Part shown: positions 27,081 to 36,221 of the stretch, piece by piece
How positions within the stretch are numbered: the stretch's first letter is position 1
Layout: each line of letters opens with the position of its first letter
NCBI GenBank assembly: GCA_003135555.1
Contig: PLCF01000008.1
Location: forward strand, 1-46,894
Source: Vulcanimicrobiota bacterium
GTDB lineage: Bacteria; Vulcanimicrobiota; Vulcanimicrobiia; Vulcanimicrobiales; Vulcanimicrobiaceae
Length of the DNA stretch: 46,894 bases
Direction of reading: 5' to 3'
The notes under the pieces: model-generated
Databases searched by the model: none
What the model saw: the letters and a program-made list of their open reading frames with translations, nothing else
What the model was told of the DNA's origin: nothing
Translations under genes and position numbers: made by a program

Positions 27081-29465
27081 CTACGGCGCGACCGTGACGG
27101 GGACGGCGAGCGTCGTGGAGGCGCCGTCGAGGCGCGATGCGGTCACGCTGAGCTGCACGTTGCTGCCCGCGCCGAGGCCGGCTGCGGTGAAATTGTACAT
27201 CGACTCCCAGTGACCGGGGGCTGTCTGCGCGAGCTGCGTTTGAAATCCGGGCGCGCCGACGGCCAGCCGCGCCGCGTTCGTCGTCGTGATCGCGACGACG
27301 CGCACCGGCGTGCCGTTGCGCACGACGGTCGGCGCGAAGCTCAGGTACAGGATGCGCACCGGATCGGTCGCCGCGGCGACGTTGACGGCGGCCGCGTCGC
27401 CGTAGGTGAAGACGGTACTCGGCGCAGCCGGCGGTGAGGGCGGCGGCCGCGGCGACGCGCCGGCCGCGGTGGGGACGAGGCTCGCCGCCACGCTCGGTAT
27501 GGCATGCGGTTTCGCGGCCGGCAGTGACGTGCCCGGCGGCAGCGTCGGCAGGGCGGCAGCGGGCGGGAGCGCGGGCAGCGCCGGCAGGCGTGAGAGGCTC
27601 GTCGCGCCCGGCGAGACGATGTGCGGCGTGACGGCGATGATGAGCTCGTTGCGCTGGTGGTTGAGTTCCTCGTTGCGAAACACGCGGCCCAGCAGCGGCA
27701 GATCCCCGAGGAGCGGGATCTTAGTTTGGTTGCGCGTCGTCGTATCTTGGATGAGCCCGCCGATGACGAGCGTTTCGTCCTCGCGCATCGCGACCGTCGT
27801 CTGGGTGTCGCGCGTCGCGATCTGCGGGATGCCGTTGGCGATCCCGGCCAGGGAGTTCACCGTCGGATGGAGCGCGACGGTGATGAAGTTCCCCGCGTTG
27901 ACGACGGGCGTGATGTCGAGCGTCACGCCGGTTTGAAACGTCTGCAGCTGGGTCGTCGCGACGGTCCCGGTGCCGCCGCCGGTGGTGGTGAGGATGGCGA
28001 TGTTGTCGCCGGCGCGGATCGTCGCGGTGCGCCCCGAGATCGTGGTGATGCGCGGATCGGCCAGTACGCGACCCTTGCCGCTCTGGATGAGCAAGTTCAA
28101 GCTCAGCCCGAACGACAGCGGCGTGCGGGTCAGCGGCTGCAAGTTCAGAAACGGTGGCGGCGTGCCCCCGTCGGGCGACGCCGGCGTCGTCTCGCCCAGC
28201 GACGTGCTGACGACCGGCGAGCTGAAGCTCAGCCCCAAGTTCTTCGCGGCGGTCTCGTCGACTTCGAGGATCTGGGTGTCCAGGATCACCAGCTTTTGCT
28301 CGACGTCGAGCTGATCGATGAGGTTCTTCGCGGCGCGAATCGCGTACGGGCTGCCGGTGAGCACGAGCTGCGTTCCGTTGGGCGGGACGGTGATGTGCAG
28401 GTCGGGCGCCTGCGCCTGCAGCGCTTGCGTCACCGTCGTCGCGATGTCGGTCGCGGACGACGACGGCGCCCCGTTGAGGCCGGGGGCCGCGGCTTTGAGC
28501 GCAATCACCTCGACGCCGCCGTTCCCGACGCCGCCGCCGGATTCGACGCCGCCGGGCTGCAGCACCGGCGGGCCGCTCGCGCCGGCCGCCGCCGTCGTGT
28601 CGAGCTGCGCGATCGCGTCGGCGATGCGCTGGTGCTGCGACGGCGTGGCCAGCACCGACAGCGCGTTGAGCGGCCCGTCCGGGCTCACTTGGGCATCCCG
28701 AAACGAGCGCGCGAGCAGCTCGCCCACGGAGCGCGCGTCGACAAATCGTAAGCGGTAGATCTGGGTGTAGCGCACGCCGGCAACGGGCTGGTCGATCAGC
28801 GCGACGAGCGCCTTGGCCTTGGCGACGTCGTCGGGCGGTCCGCTCAACACGACCGAGCCGCCGGCGACGCTGGCCCGCACGCCGCGAAACTGGTGCGCGA
28901 TCGCGCGCGCGACGTCGCGCGGCGCGGCGCGGGCGACGCGCACCGCGTCGACCGGCGCGGCGCTAGGGGCCGGCGTTACCGGCGGCGCGTCGATGGTCGC
29001 CAGCAGCGCCTTGATCTGCGCCAGATCGGCCGGCGTCGCCGCGACGAGCAACGTCCTGTTCGGCGCCGTCGTGATGCGCAGCGCCGGAAACAGGCGACGC
29101 AGCTGGGCCGCGACCACGCCGGGGACAGCGCTGCGCAGTTGCACGGCTTCGGTGGTCGGCCGGTTCGGATCGTGCACGTCGATGCCTTGCAAGATCGCGC
29201 GCATCCCGGCCACGTCGTCGGCCGGTGCGACGACGATGAGCGCACGCGCGGGCAGGTCGACGCTGATGCGCGCGCGCGGATAGACGGTGCGCAACACCGC
29301 GGCGGCCCGCCCCGGCCCGATAATCGCGATCGGCAACACGGCCGGGATGCTCGCGCTGCGCGACGGTTGCGGCTGCGCCTGCGTCGGCAGCGTCCCCGCG
29401 CCGAACGCGAGCGTCGCGAGGAGTGCGAAAAGGCGCGCATAGCGCGATGTCGATGGCGGTCTCAC
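27081..29465 (-). CDS. Secretin (GspD/PilQ-like) with repeated N-domains and a C-terminal extension
   Basis: Repeats of the NRTLLV...IKALLATID type, QILEV, VLADPRITT, TGVTLDITP, ETLVIGGLI, KIPLLGDLPLLGRVF, ELIIAVTPHI. GTG 29465 with GGAGG. Confidence 0.9.
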   Translation of the reverse strand: MRPPSTSRYARLFALLATLAFGAGTLPTQAQPQPSRSASIPAVLPIAIIGPGRAAAVLRTVYPRARISVDLPARALIVVAPADDVAGMRAILQGIDVHDPNRPTTEAVQLRSAVPGVVAAQLRRLFPALRITTAPNRTLLVAATPADLAQIKALLATIDAPPVTPAPSAAPVDAVRVARAAPRDVARAIAHQFRGVRASVAGGSVVLSGPPDDVAKAKALVALIDQPVAGVRYTQIYRLRFVDARSVGELLARSFRDAQVSPDGPLNALSVLATPSQHQRIADAIAQLDTTAAAGASGPPVLQPGGVESGGGVGNGGVEVIALKAAAPGLNGAPSSSATDIATTVTQALQAQAPDLHITVPPNGTQLVLTGSPYAIRAAKNLIDQLDVEQKLVILDTQILEVDETAAKNLGLSFSSPVVSTSLGETTPASPDGGTPPPFLNLQPLTRTPLSFGLSLNLLIQSGKGRVLADPRITTISGRTATIRAGDNIAILTTTGGGTGTVATTQLQTFQTGVTLDITPVVNAGNFITVALHPTVNSLAGIANGIPQIATRDTQTTVAMREDETLVIGGLIQDTTTRNQTKIPLLGDLPLLGRVFRNEELNHQRNELIIAVTPHIVSPGATSLSRLPALPALPPAAALPTLPPGTSLPAAKPHAIPSVAASLVPTAAGASPRPPPSPPAAPSTVFTYGDAAAVNVAAATDPVRILYLSFAPTVVRNGTPVRVVAITTTNAARLAVGAPGFQTQLAQTAPGHWESMYNFTAAGLGAGSNVQLSVTASRLDGASTTLAVPVTVAP

Positions 29466-29614
29466 CCGGCGATACCTCCGTCCTGTCGTTGTCGGTTCCC
29501 CGATCGTTTCGGCGCGACCTCCGCCGGCTGCAGCGTCGCAAGGGACGCGCCGTTGCGACCAGCGAAGAGCCGGAACGCACAGACGTTCCTTGCGGGGTGT
29601 AGGGATGGTGGCTG

Positions 29615-30382
29615 ATGACGGGTGACATCGATGTGCTGCGCGCCGAAGAGCGCGCTCGGCTGGCGGCGGCGCTCGCCGACTGGGGTACGCCCGACTACCT
29701 GGCGGTTCGCGCGCTGACCGCGCTGAGCGCCGACGGCGACCATCGCGTCGGCCGCCTGACCGCGATGGGGCGCCAATTCGCCGCCGATCTGCGCCGGCGC
29801 GCGCGGGAGCCGGGCGGCGTCGCCGGCCTGCTCGACGATGCGCCGTGCCTGCGCGAGCGGATCCTCGAGGCGGCGTCCACGCAAATCGTGCACGCCGACA
29901 CACGGACGGTCACCGTCGGGACGGTGTCGCGCGAGACCGGGATCCCACGGCGCACGGTCTACAACCTGTACGCCTCGAGCGAGGAGCTGGCCCAAGCGTG
30001 CCGGCGCCGCAATCACACGGTCTGGCGCGCGCACTTCGAGCAGCGCGTCCTGAGCGCGAGCGCGGCCCCGCGCGAACGGCTCCCCGCGGTCTTCGCGACG
30101 GTTGACGAGTGGGTCGGCTCGGCGCGCTTTCGCGGCGACGAGGCGTTGCGCGCCCCGGCGACGTTCGCCGACGAGCTGCGCGACGACGATTTGCGCGAGC
30201 ACCTCGCCGAGATCGAGCGCTTCGCCACGGCGCTCGCGTTTGCCGCGAAGCTCGGCGCGCCGGCGGTGTTCGCCGCTTTCGTAGTCACCTGCGTCGCGGG
30301 GGCGATCGGTTGGCTCGATCGGCGCGGGTCGGCGCGCGACGCGGCGCTGGCCTGCGCGCAACGGTTCATGCTGCCGCCGTAG
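29615..30382 (+). CDS. TetR/AcrR-like regulator with an N-terminal extension
   Basis: RERILEAA...TVGTVSRETGIPRRTVYNLYASSEEL HTH starting near residue 80. Confidence 0.7.
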   Translation: MTGDIDVLRAEERARLAAALADWGTPDYLAVRALTALSADGDHRVGRLTAMGRQFAADLRRRAREPGGVAGLLDDAPCLRERILEAASTQIVHADTRTVTVGTVSRETGIPRRTVYNLYASSEELAQACRRRNHTVWRAHFEQRVLSASAAPRERLPAVFATVDEWVGSARFRGDEALRAPATFADELRDDDLREHLAEIERFATALAFAAKLGAPAVFAAFVVTCVAGAIGWLDRRGSARDAALACAQRFMLPP

Positions 30383-30395
30383 CGCCGCTCACGCG

Positions 30396-30430
30396 GCGTG
30401 TTGGCACGCGTGTTGGCACAGCGGTGCCAA
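30396..30430. promoter_or_regulatory. Operator-like element: tandem GCGTGTTGGCAC x2 plus palindrome TTGGCAC-N4-GTGCCAA
   Basis: Direct repeats at 30396-30407 and 30408-30419; perfect inverted repeat at 30413-30430. Confidence 0.55.
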
Positions 30431-30536
30431 GTTCGACGCGGCGACGTCTTGCGCGCCGCGGAGTGCCGATGCATCATGAACTCGCTCGACGACGTCCCGC
30501 CATGCGGGCCCGCCGAAGTCGGAGATGGGGGTGTGG

Positions 30537-30998
30537 ATGTTCCGACGTTCATCGGTGCTGCGGCGTGCGCGCTGCACCATCGTGGTTGCGCTCGTCACGG
30601 GGACCGCCATCCCCGCGGCGGCCAACCCCGTCGCGGCGATTCGCGTCAGCAACGCCTCGACCGCGTTCGACCTGTCGTACGCCGCCAGCGCCTCGACGCT
30701 GGGGGGCTACGTCACCTCGGACAACGCTCCGCTCGCGACGATCGCGCGCCAGAGCGCCGACGCGTTCACGATCGCTTCCGCCAGTGCCCAGGCGCTGGCG
30801 GGCGAGCTGATCTACCGCGCCGCCGGCGACCCGACGCGCGAGTGCACGTTCCGCTACACGCTCGTCTACACCGGCGCACGCTACGTGCTCGCCGGCGTGG
30901 CGCGCGCAAGCTGGACAGGTCAGGTCGCGTGCACGGTCACCACCACCGGCCCCGACAAAGCCAAGGGCGACTTCACCGTGACGTTCACCATGAAGTAG
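30537..30998 (+). CDS. Small secreted beta-rich protein, paralog 1
   Basis: Signal peptide ending IPAAA; two Cys in the mature part. Start may be 30525. Confidence 0.75.
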   Translation: MFRRSSVLRRARCTIVVALVTGTAIPAAANPVAAIRVSNASTAFDLSYAASASTLGGYVTSDNAPLATIARQSADAFTIASASAQALAGELIYRAAGDPTRECTFRYTLVYTGARYVLAGVARASWTGQVACTVTTTGPDKAKGDFTVTFTMK

Positions 30999-31016
30999 TC
31001 GGCGCCGCTCGAGCGA

Positions 31017-31059
31017 CGAGCGGACGGCGATCGTTTCATCGGGCGACGCCGTCCGCTCG
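31017..31059 (+). terminator. Strong intergenic hairpin (terminator or stabiliser)
   Basis: Perfect 13-bp stem CGAGCGGACGGCG/CGCCGTCCGCTCG. Confidence 0.5.
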
Positions 31060-31107
31060 ACCTTTGCCCAGCCGGCTCGTTCGGGCCGGCAGACTGGAGA
31101 ATCTTTC

Positions 31108-31584
31108 ATGAACCGCCTCACCAAAACCCTCGCCCTCGCCGCCGGCGTCGTCGCCGGCGCGCTCGGCGCCACGGCTGCCCAGGCATCAGCCGCGAATTTC
31201 CAGGTCAACTTCGCCTTCCACAACATCGACGCTTCGGCGAGCATGATCCGCGTCACGTCGCCACTTCCAAGCGGCATCGCCGGCCTGATCGACCCCGCCG
31301 CCGCGATCTCGCCCGGCGGGTACGACCCCGCCAGCGGGAACGCGGTGTTCTCGGGTCTGCTCACGAGCCTCCCTGCGCTGGCCACGATGAAATACGTGAA
31401 CGCCGGCGACGGCGTCAGCAACGCCTGTAACTTTACGATCAAAGTCTCGAAAGACTCGAACCCGTCGCCGTACCTGCTTCACTTTTCGGTCGACGCTACA
31501 AGCCATTGCAGTGTCCCCGGTGACGTGCGCAGCAGCAACGGGCAGTTCACCAGCCAAACCTACGTCCTGAACTGGGCCACGTAG
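31108..31584 (+). CDS. Small secreted beta-rich protein, paralog 2
   Basis: Signal peptide ending AQASA, GGAG upstream, two Cys. Confidence 0.8.
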   Translation: MNRLTKTLALAAGVVAGALGATAAQASAANFQVNFAFHNIDASASMIRVTSPLPSGIAGLIDPAAAISPGGYDPASGNAVFSGLLTSLPALATMKYVNAGDGVSNACNFTIKVSKDSNPSPYLLHFSVDATSHCSVPGDVRSSNGQFTSQTYVLNWAT

Positions 31585-31586
31585 CC

Positions 31587-31644
31587 GGCGGACAATCGCT
31601 TGGGCGAGCCTCACATAGCGAGCGCCCGTCCAAGCGATCCGCCC
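31587..31644. terminator. Hairpin between convergent genes
   Basis: ATCGCTTGGGCG ... CGTCCAAGCGAT inverted repeat flanked by GGCGGA/CCGCC. Confidence 0.55.
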
Positions 31645-31655
31645 CCTGACACGAA

Positions 31656-34600
31656 TCAGTACGTGTACGGCTGAACCTCAAGGCTGGTTATGAAGCGGAA
31701 ACTGCTCGACTGTTGCCCCAGCCCCACGCCGCTGCGCATCGATCCGTTGACGCCGCCGAAAATGGGACTGTAGTCGCCGTCCGGGAACACTCCGGGCACG
31801 GTCTTCACGAGCCGGCCGGTCTCGTCGTATTCGTTCAGACAGGGTCTGGCGTTGAGGTCGACGTTGGCCAAGACGTTCGGGCAGAACATCGAGCGTTGCA
31901 GGATCAGATGGTTCACCTGGTCGACTCCGATCGTGCTCGAATCACCGCCGACCATGGCCGCAAATCCCCGGAAGAGCTGTTCGACGGTTAAGGTGTGCGT
32001 GAACACGCGACGCTCGGCGTTCGTGTTGAGGTCGACGAGCGCCAGCTCAGCTCGAAAGGTATCATCTGTTTGGCCCGGCTGAAGGTATTGGCAACTCGTT
32101 GCGATCGCCGCAGTATGCGTGCCCGAATCGACGGCCATCTGGTACCCGCCGCCGCCGCTGAGGCCGCCGCCGATCGCCAAACCCCGAGCACTCGCCGAAC
32201 CGGCGGCGAAATCGATCGTCACCAGCTGCGGCGATTGCTGGTCACACGGGAGGGTTGCGTCCTGCAGCACGAGGTAGCCGCGGTCGGTGCCCGGATCATA
32301 CGAGAACGTGAACGTCCCGCCGAAATCCGGGTTTGGACCGAGCACCGCGGTGAGGTCGATTGCGGGCGCGAAGCCCGTCCCGGTCGTGACGTCGCCTCGA
32401 GTGGCGACGTATGCGAGCGTTGCAAAGTCGAATGCGAGGTAAGCCGAGCGGGTGGGCGTGGAGTTCTGCGCGGCGGCGAGGACCCAGGCGGTATTCGAAA
32501 ACGTCCCGGGCGGATATGCGAACTGCGCGAAGCCGGCTGCTATCGGGACCGCCCGCAGATAGTTGAACGTCGCGGAATCCGGCGAGCTCATGGCCAGGAC
32601 GACGTCGTTCTGCACAAACGGGTAGGCTTCAAAGCCTCCGACTCCGGTCGCGGTCAGCGCCAGAGGCAGGCTGTTCACGGATGAAGCGTTGGCGTCGAAC
32701 GGCTCGGCCGTAAAGAAGCCGGCGGCCACTTGGGCTGGTCCGAGTCCCGCGGATTCATCGAGGTAGCCGTCGGTGCCGTTGGGGTTCATGTGCGCGCCGG
32801 CGAGCGGAAGCCCAAAGATGCTTGTGATGCCGTGGTATTGGACGGTGCCGGCGTCGCTCGCCTCGGCGATCGGCGCAGAGCCGGCCGTTGGTATCACGCG
32901 CACGTTCACCGTGGCTGTAGCAGGGATCTTCGCCGTAGTCGGGTCGATCGTGATCGAGCCTTTGACGCCACTTGCCGACGCGTGATAGAGCGAGCCGGTA
33001 ATAAGGCCGTCGTCGTCGAGCGTGTTCCCATTGGGATTGCGGAACGTATTGAACCCGCCGTTCAAGCCTTGATTGTAGAAGAATGGACCCGGGGGCGGCG
33101 CGGCGAGCTCGACGATCGCACCGGTCGCGCCCGGAACGTTCGACACATCGTATGCTATGCTGAACGACGACTCGTACGGGACGTCGAGCGTGTGCGCATC
33201 CGGGCCACTCGAACCCAGCGAGAGCAGTGGTGCTGGGGGCCGCGCGGTGCCCGAATCGACGCGCGTGAAGGCCAGGTCACTGATGTCGGACTGGAATGCG
33301 GTCGTCCCGGGACTGAGATCGACCCAGAGCGTGTACGTCCCGGCACCGGCGAGCGCCGATACCGGGACGTCGACCGATCCGCTCGTCGATGCGAGAGGGA
33401 ACGTGTAGTACGGGTACAGTCCGAAGCCCTGAAAGAACAGGCTGCCGATCCCCGGCATCGAGACGTTCAACGTCGGCGCGCGCAGCAGGCTGCTCGGGTA
33501 CCCGCGCAGGTCGTATGCGACGGGAATGCTGCCGCCGCTCACGACGGCAGGAACCTTCGGAGCCAGCACGAGGCGCGAGGTCGCGGCGGGCGGACCGAAG
33601 GTCACCGCAAACGTTGACTCGGCGACGGCGTGCAGACCGACCGACGCCTGGTAGGTGAAGGAAATCGTTCGCGTGATCCCCGGAGTCATCGGAACGCCCG
33701 CCCGTGCGAAGAGCTGCGCCGGCAGTAGGCGCGCATACGGCGTCGTAGCGATCACGCGCGCCGGCTGGCCCGCGACGCTGAGGCGATAGTTTGCGTTCGC
33801 CGGGATCCCTTCCCAGTCGGGCGCAATAGTAATGTACGAGTTCAGGTCCGCCGCTGTGTCGCTTCCGGGGTACGAGATACGATGCGCTTGGATCGAGCTG
33901 GTGAACGGGCCGTCGAGCTTGATATACGACGGGTCCAGCGCGGTGACGAACACCCCGTCGTTGAGGAAACGCGTATTCGTCTGCGCGATGAAGGAGCCGG
34001 TGCGGCGCCCGTTGACGGCGACACGTGCGATCCCCGGCGCGACAGGCTTTCCGGCACTAGCGAGCAGCTGCTCGACGATGCGGCGCACGTTGACCTGCGG
34101 CCCAACGTTCGCGGTCACATCCGATTGGGGCGGGTTCGCGACGGGCGTCCCCGTTGCGACGAGGAAGTCGCGCACCTGGGTCGCGTTGGTAAATGGGTGT
34201 CCTGTCAGCCGCGCGACTTGCAGCGCGACGGCCGCCGTAGCCGCGACCTCCGGCGCGGAGGCCGACGTGCCGCCGGTGTTCTCGAGCGCGACGGCGTCGT
34301 AGGCGTTACCGGCGCGGAACAACGCATCGATGTTGTCGCCCGGTGCCGAGACGTTCACCCGGGTTCCGAACCCGCTGGAGAATCCGAGCGTTCCGTTGTA
34401 GCGCGTTTCGGTAAACGCTTTGACGTTGGCGAGCGCGCCGAACGCCGGATCCTGCGGGTTCGCCGAGAAGATGTCGTCGAGCGTCGACGAGCCGACGTCG
34501 ATCGCACCGCTGTCGGGGATCACCGACGGCGCGGTGGTGAAGAAGAGGTCGGAAAGGTTCGTCGTACCAATGCTGCCGGCGTTCGTTGCGGCACTGCCGC

Positions 34601-36221
34601 CGGACGGCCCGATCGCCGCCGTCGTGAACATACGCGTCCCGTCGTTTGCGGCGATGCAGACCACGACGTTCATGCTGACGATCCCAGCAACCACGCTTTG
34701 TGCCAGCGGGTCGTCTTCGAGATAGCGCCCCGGGAAACCGAATGCATCGGAACCGAAACCGATGCTGACGGTCATGACGTCGGGCGCAGGGCGCTGCCGG
34801 GCGGCGCCGATCATGGCGGCCAGCGTATCGGACGTGAGGACCGCGCCGTTGGTTGTGCCGGGTGCGACCCAGCGATACGACGCACCGGGCGCGATCCCCA
34901 GCAGGTCGGCGCTAAAGGCGGGCTGCTCGCCGGGACGTTGCACGTCGTCGGGTAGCGGCGCCATGACCGAGAAGTCCAGCCCGACCTCGGCCAATGACGG
35001 GTCGACGTTGCAGACTTCGCCGGTCGGTAAAAGGTTTGCGTTTGCGTCCGACACCCAGACCGGGATCAGCGGTAGCGACGGCAGATCGAGGTAACGTTGG
35101 CCCCCGATGAGGTGCGTCGTCGGCCCGCCGTTGCTCACCGTGCTATTGCACGGATCAGCCGGGTTCGCGGCCGCCGATGCGTCGTCGGCGTCACCCAGGC
35201 CGACGTTGGTGATGATCTCACCCGCGCCGGGAAGCTGGCCAAAACGCTGTCCGATCTCGTCGAACGCGGCGACCGCGTCGACGCCGGGCGCGTTGAGCAT
35301 CGCCTGCAGGTTGAAGGCTACCGCGGTGTTGCCCGGGATCGACGTGGACCGAGTCGTGCTCTTCATCGAGCGCCCGAAGGTTTTGGTCGAGCGCCGGTAG
35401 CCGGAGATCTCCTTGAGCGCCTCGGCGGGGACGGCCCGCCGTCCGGCGATCATCGATTGCACCGCGAAGTCCGGTGCCGCGTAGGCCACGCTCGCGTCCG
35501 CGCGCAGACGCCGCACGGCGTTCTCGACCGAGCCCGCGCCGACGTGCAGCGCAAAGGCATTGTCGAACGCGACCAAGCTGCGGCGAGCACGTACCTCGGC
35601 CTTGGCCCGCATCGAGCTCAGCGTTCCGCGGTCAAGCTGCGAGAAGAGGCGTTCGCTGCGGTCGACGCCGAGTTGCATCAGCGTGAGGTTGAGGCGCGCA
35701 TCGGTGGTGAAGCGCTGCGGGCTGACGTCGAGCCGTTTGGACAGGATCGCGCGCCGCTGCGCGAGCAACGCCGACGGCGACAGCTCGACCCGGTCTTGCG
35801 GGATCGTCACGCCGGGTTTGAAGACGACCAGCACGCGGCCCGGTGCATAGCGCTGCGGCGGGTGCTCGAGGTCGAACAGAACCTGCGCGCGCACTGCCGG
35901 CGGGATGTCGCCGTCGAGCGGCCCGTAGCGTGCCGGGGAGAGCATCGCGAGCGCGAGCTTCTTCCCGCTTGGCGCCAGTTGCTGGAGCTTGCGCCGCTTC
36001 GAGGCGGGCATCAGTCCGCGCGGCTCCGCCAGGGTGACGCGCCCGTCGGAGTAGACCGTAGCGATGCGCCCGTCGTGCAGCGCGCCGGTGAACGCGACGC
36101 GATGCGACGGCGGCGTGAGCGGAACGGAGAGGGGTCGACGATAGGGGCGCGCGTCACCTATGCTCGCGCACAGCGCGGCGGACAGCGCGAGCGCCGTCGC
36201 CCAGCAAAGCTTAGAAGACAT
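31656..36221 (-). CDS. Large secreted subtilase-clan (S8/S53-like) serine peptidase, about 1520 aa
   Basis: Signal peptide; prodomain-like YAPGRVLVVFKPG; EVGLD, GIAPGA, IAANDG, VNVSAPG, GGTSASAPEVA. AAGGAG upstream of ATG 36221. Confidence 0.85.
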   Translation of the reverse strand: MSSKLCWATALALSAALCASIGDARPYRRPLSVPLTPPSHRVAFTGALHDGRIATVYSDGRVTLAEPRGLMPASKRRKLQQLAPSGKKLALAMLSPARYGPLDGDIPPAVRAQVLFDLEHPPQRYAPGRVLVVFKPGVTIPQDRVELSPSALLAQRRAILSKRLDVSPQRFTTDARLNLTLMQLGVDRSERLFSQLDRGTLSSMRAKAEVRARRSLVAFDNAFALHVGAGSVENAVRRLRADASVAYAAPDFAVQSMIAGRRAVPAEALKEISGYRRSTKTFGRSMKSTTRSTSIPGNTAVAFNLQAMLNAPGVDAVAAFDEIGQRFGQLPGAGEIITNVGLGDADDASAAANPADPCNSTVSNGGPTTHLIGGQRYLDLPSLPLIPVWVSDANANLLPTGEVCNVDPSLAEVGLDFSVMAPLPDDVQRPGEQPAFSADLLGIAPGASYRWVAPGTTNGAVLTSDTLAAMIGAARQRPAPDVMTVSIGFGSDAFGFPGRYLEDDPLAQSVVAGIVSMNVVVCIAANDGTRMFTTAAIGPSGGSAATNAGSIGTTNLSDLFFTTAPSVIPDSGAIDVGSSTLDDIFSANPQDPAFGALANVKAFTETRYNGTLGFSSGFGTRVNVSAPGDNIDALFRAGNAYDAVALENTGGTSASAPEVAATAAVALQVARLTGHPFTNATQVRDFLVATGTPVANPPQSDVTANVGPQVNVRRIVEQLLASAGKPVAPGIARVAVNGRRTGSFIAQTNTRFLNDGVFVTALDPSYIKLDGPFTSSIQAHRISYPGSDTAADLNSYITIAPDWEGIPANANYRLSVAGQPARVIATTPYARLLPAQLFARAGVPMTPGITRTISFTYQASVGLHAVAESTFAVTFGPPAATSRLVLAPKVPAVVSGGSIPVAYDLRGYPSSLLRAPTLNVSMPGIGSLFFQGFGLYPYYTFPLASTSGSVDVPVSALAGAGTYTLWVDLSPGTTAFQSDISDLAFTRVDSGTARPPAPLLSLGSSGPDAHTLDVPYESSFSIAYDVSNVPGATGAIVELAAPPPGPFFYNQGLNGGFNTFRNPNGNTLDDDGLITGSLYHASASGVKGSITIDPTTAKIPATATVNVRVIPTAGSAPIAEASDAGTVQYHGITSIFGLPLAGAHMNPNGTDGYLDESAGLGPAQVAAGFFTAEPFDANASSVNSLPLALTATGVGGFEAYPFVQNDVVLAMSSPDSATFNYLRAVPIAAGFAQFAYPPGTFSNTAWVLAAAQNSTPTRSAYLAFDFATLAYVATRGDVTTGTGFAPAIDLTAVLGPNPDFGGTFTFSYDPGTDRGYLVLQDATLPCDQQSPQLVTIDFAAGSASARGLAIGGGLSGGGGYQMAVDSGTHTAAIATSCQYLQPGQTDDTFRAELALVDLNTNAERRVFTHTLTVEQLFRGFAAMVGGDSSTIGVDQVNHLILQRSMFCPNVLANVDLNARPCLNEYDETGRLVKTVPGVFPDGDYSPIFGGVNGSMRSGVGLGQQSSSFRFITSLEVQPYTY

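Noticed and set aside
29600..29625. GATGG...GCTGATGAC resembling a fluoride riboswitch
   Set aside because: Too short, no P1 or pseudoknot pairing, and it overlaps the start codon.
30401..30430. Sigma54 promoter or CIRCE
   Set aside because: No TTGC at -12, and the spacing differs from the 9-9-9 CIRCE layout; kept only as a generic operator.
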